Positions 23,089-24,960 of a stretch of DNA of 24,960 bases are shown here, one piece after another; the stretch's first letter is position 1; the number at the start of each line of letters is the position of its first letter. Below the pieces are notes generated by a model that was given only the letters and a program-made list of their open reading frames with translations, ran no database searches and was not told the DNA's origin. Origin of the DNA: a virus (taxonomy: Duplodnaviria; Caudoviricetes); IMG/VR virus record IMGVR_UViG_3300025387_000068, positions 1-24,960 of that record; one strand, 5' to 3'. The translations under genes were made by a program, and so were the position numbers.

Positions 23089-24960
23089 ATGGCACAAAGC
23101 GGATACACCCCCATACTAATTTACGCAAGCGGATCAACTGGGAACACGCCTTCTGCGTCTAACCTGACAAGCAGTGCGTCGGGCGCTGAATTGGCATTGA
23201 ACTACTTTGATGGCAAGCTTTTCTACAAAGATGCATCAGGTAATGTGCAGGTGTTGGCCTCCAAAGCAGGCAACATCAATGTGTCCTCAATCAGTTTTGG
23301 CACGACTGGCCTGACTCCTAATACTGCAACCACAGGTGCTGTGACTGTTGCAGGAACATTGATCACTTCAAACGGTGGTACTGGTCTTTCCTCGTACACC
23401 GCAGGTGACCTGCCCTACTATGCATCCGGCACAGCATTGTCTAAACTGGGTATTGGCACAAACGGGCAGATTCTCACATCTTCGGGCTCGGCCCCTCAGT
23501 GGTCTACATTGTCTGGCGTGGCGGTTACGACCTTCAGCGCAGGTACAACAGGTCTTACACCTTCAAGCGCAACATCCGGCGCAGTGACCTTGGGCGGAAC
23601 ACTCGCCACTACCAACGGAGGCACAGGCTTAACTTCGTTTACAGCCAACCAAGTTTTTTACGCATCTTCTACAAGTGCGTTTGCTCAAAGCACCAACTTG
23701 CAATTTAGCGGTACTGACCTGACTGTTTACGGCATCACAGTAGGCCGTGGTGCAGGTGCTGTATCTACCAACACTGCGGTGGGTGCTAGTGCTTTGGCGG
23801 CTAATACGAGTGGCGCTTTTGTTGTCGCTTTTGGCGCTAACGCAGGCTTGTCAAACACCACTGGCTCAAATAACGCTTTTATTGGTCGTGCCGCAGGCTA
23901 CACAAACACCACAGGAAACGGGAATACAGTGCTTGGCGATGCCGCCTTGTACTACAACACTACAGGCGGTTTAAATACGGCTGTTGGCTCTACTGCTGGA
24001 CAATCAAATACCACTGGTATTCAAAACTCCTTTTTGGGTCGTGCCGCAGGATTTACCAATTCAACAGGTTCTTACAATGCGTTTCTTGGGGATGCTTCCG
24101 CCTATTACAACACCACAGGGTCGTACAACGTAGCCGTTGGTCAAGCCGCTCTCCAGAGCAACACCACAGCCTCTAATAACACTGCTGTAGGTTATCAGGC
24201 GGGGTATAGCGGTACGGTTGGGTACAACAACGAAATTTTTGGTTATCAAGCCGGATACACAAACGTGTACGGCTCATCAAATACATTAGTTGGGCATCAA
24301 GCTGGCTACACAATGAACCCGACTGGTTCAGTAGCTGTAAATACAATCAATACATTTATTGGCTATGGTGCTGGTTATTCTGTAACAACCGGTACGAAAA
24401 ACACCATCATCGGCGCATACAACGGCAACCAAGGTGGCCTAGACATCCGCACGGCAAGCAACTACATCGTGCTGTCTGATGGGGATGGGAATCCACGGGG
24501 TATCTTTGATGGCTCGGGTAACTTGCTGGTGGGGACTACATTTGCAGGCACTGATAAAGTTCGTTTTGCTTCTACTGGCGCTACTTCTAACCAGCTTGGT
24601 CTTGTTTCAACAGACGATGCAAGCGGTAACGGATATATTCAATTTAGAAATTCTGCAACCACTTCAATTGGCTCTATTACAAGAGTCACAACTACTAACG
24701 CTGTTATTTACAACACCACTTCTGATTACCGTTTAAAAAATGTTATTGGCGCAGTAACGGGGCAAGGTGAACGAATTGATGCTTTGAAGCCCATTGATTA
24801 CAAATGGAAAGATAGTGGCGCAAATGCTCGAGGTTTCTTGGCGCATGAATTCCAAGAAGTGTATGAAAACAGCGTGACAGGAACAAAAGATGCTGTTGAT
24901 GCCAAAGGAAACCCAGTTTATCAAGCAATGCAACCAAGCACACCAGAAGTCATTGCTGAC
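23089..24960 (+). CDS. Tail fibre/spike with 17-aa beta-roll repeats and C-terminal intramolecular chaperone (peptidase S74-type), truncated by the window end
   Basis: ATG 23089 after TAAGGA, with the frame open to the window end. It has NTAVGxxAL..NTTG repeats (~23770-24420) and YNTTSDYRLKN...LKP..Y.WK...GFLAHEFQEV from ~24709. Absent from the ORF track because it has no stop. Confidence 0.9.
   Translation, partial: MAQSGYTPILIYASGSTGNTPSASNLTSSASGAELALNYFDGKLFYKDASGNVQVLASKAGNINVSSISFGTTGLTPNTATTGAVTVAGTLITSNGGTGLSSYTAGDLPYYASGTALSKLGIGTNGQILTSSGSAPQWSTLSGVAVTTFSAGTTGLTPSSATSGAVTLGGTLATTNGGTGLTSFTANQVFYASSTSAFAQSTNLQFSGTDLTVYGITVGRGAGAVSTNTAVGASALAANTSGAFVVAFGANAGLSNTTGSNNAFIGRAAGYTNTTGNGNTVLGDAALYYNTTGGLNTAVGSTAGQSNTTGIQNSFLGRAAGFTNSTGSYNAFLGDASAYYNTTGSYNVAVGQAALQSNTTASNNTAVGYQAGYSGTVGYNNEIFGYQAGYTNVYGSSNTLVGHQAGYTMNPTGSVAVNTINTFIGYGAGYSVTTGTKNTIIGAYNGNQGGLDIRTASNYIVLSDGDGNPRGIFDGSGNLLVGTTFAGTDKVRFASTGATSNQLGLVSTDDASGNGYIQFRNSATTSIGSITRVTTTNAVIYNTTSDYRLKNVIGAVTGQGERIDALKPIDYKWKDSGANARGFLAHEFQEVYENSVTGTKDAVDAKGNPVYQAMQPSTPEVIAD

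Noticed and set aside
20440-24960. GGTG motifs in the fibres as members of the double-glycine tag family
   Set aside because: The context differs (NGGTG turns in Thr/Ser-rich shafts, with no basic or aromatic residues upstream), so these are ordinary fibre repeats.
23089-24960. Diversity-generating retroelement target
   Set aside because: No reverse transcriptase and no template/variable repeat pair differing only at adenines was seen in this window.

Overview
This window is the DNA-packaging and virion-morphogenesis region of a tailed dsDNA phage or prophage, and every credible gene is on the + strand. The order is: a run of small, translationally coupled accessory ORFs (1-1211), terS and terL, then an inserted block carrying twin 19-bp palindromes, a small ORF, a sigma70-like promoter and a ~1525-aa multi-domain 'polyvalent' protein. 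After that come portal, two small ORFs, a GroES-like co-chaperonin, a probable scaffold, head proteins, the major capsid protein with its terminator, a Thr/Gly-rich virion protein, a His/Lys-rich repeat protein, small basic proteins, a head-tail adaptor-like protein, a free-standing HNH/NUMOD3 endonuclease, a CxxC protein and two fibre proteins. The last fibre runs off the window inside a peptidase-S74-type chaperone domain. No sheath, tube or tape-measure gene is recognisable here, which is compatible with a podovirus-like virion but does not prove it. The strongest unexplained signal is a double-glycine motif ([FYMLK]-x-x-G-G-x-[VIMA], often paired). It marks the domain boundaries of the giant protein, occurs ~16 times in the His-rich protein and recurs in at least four other head-module proteins, which suggests a shared capsid-cargo tagging or polyprotein-processing system. 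Other notable signals are two covarying hairpins with an identical UGAGAUAU loop upstream of terS and groES, the twin palindromes, and short exact repeats that delimit small Cys-rich cassettes. All family assignments come from motif recognition by eye, with no database search.
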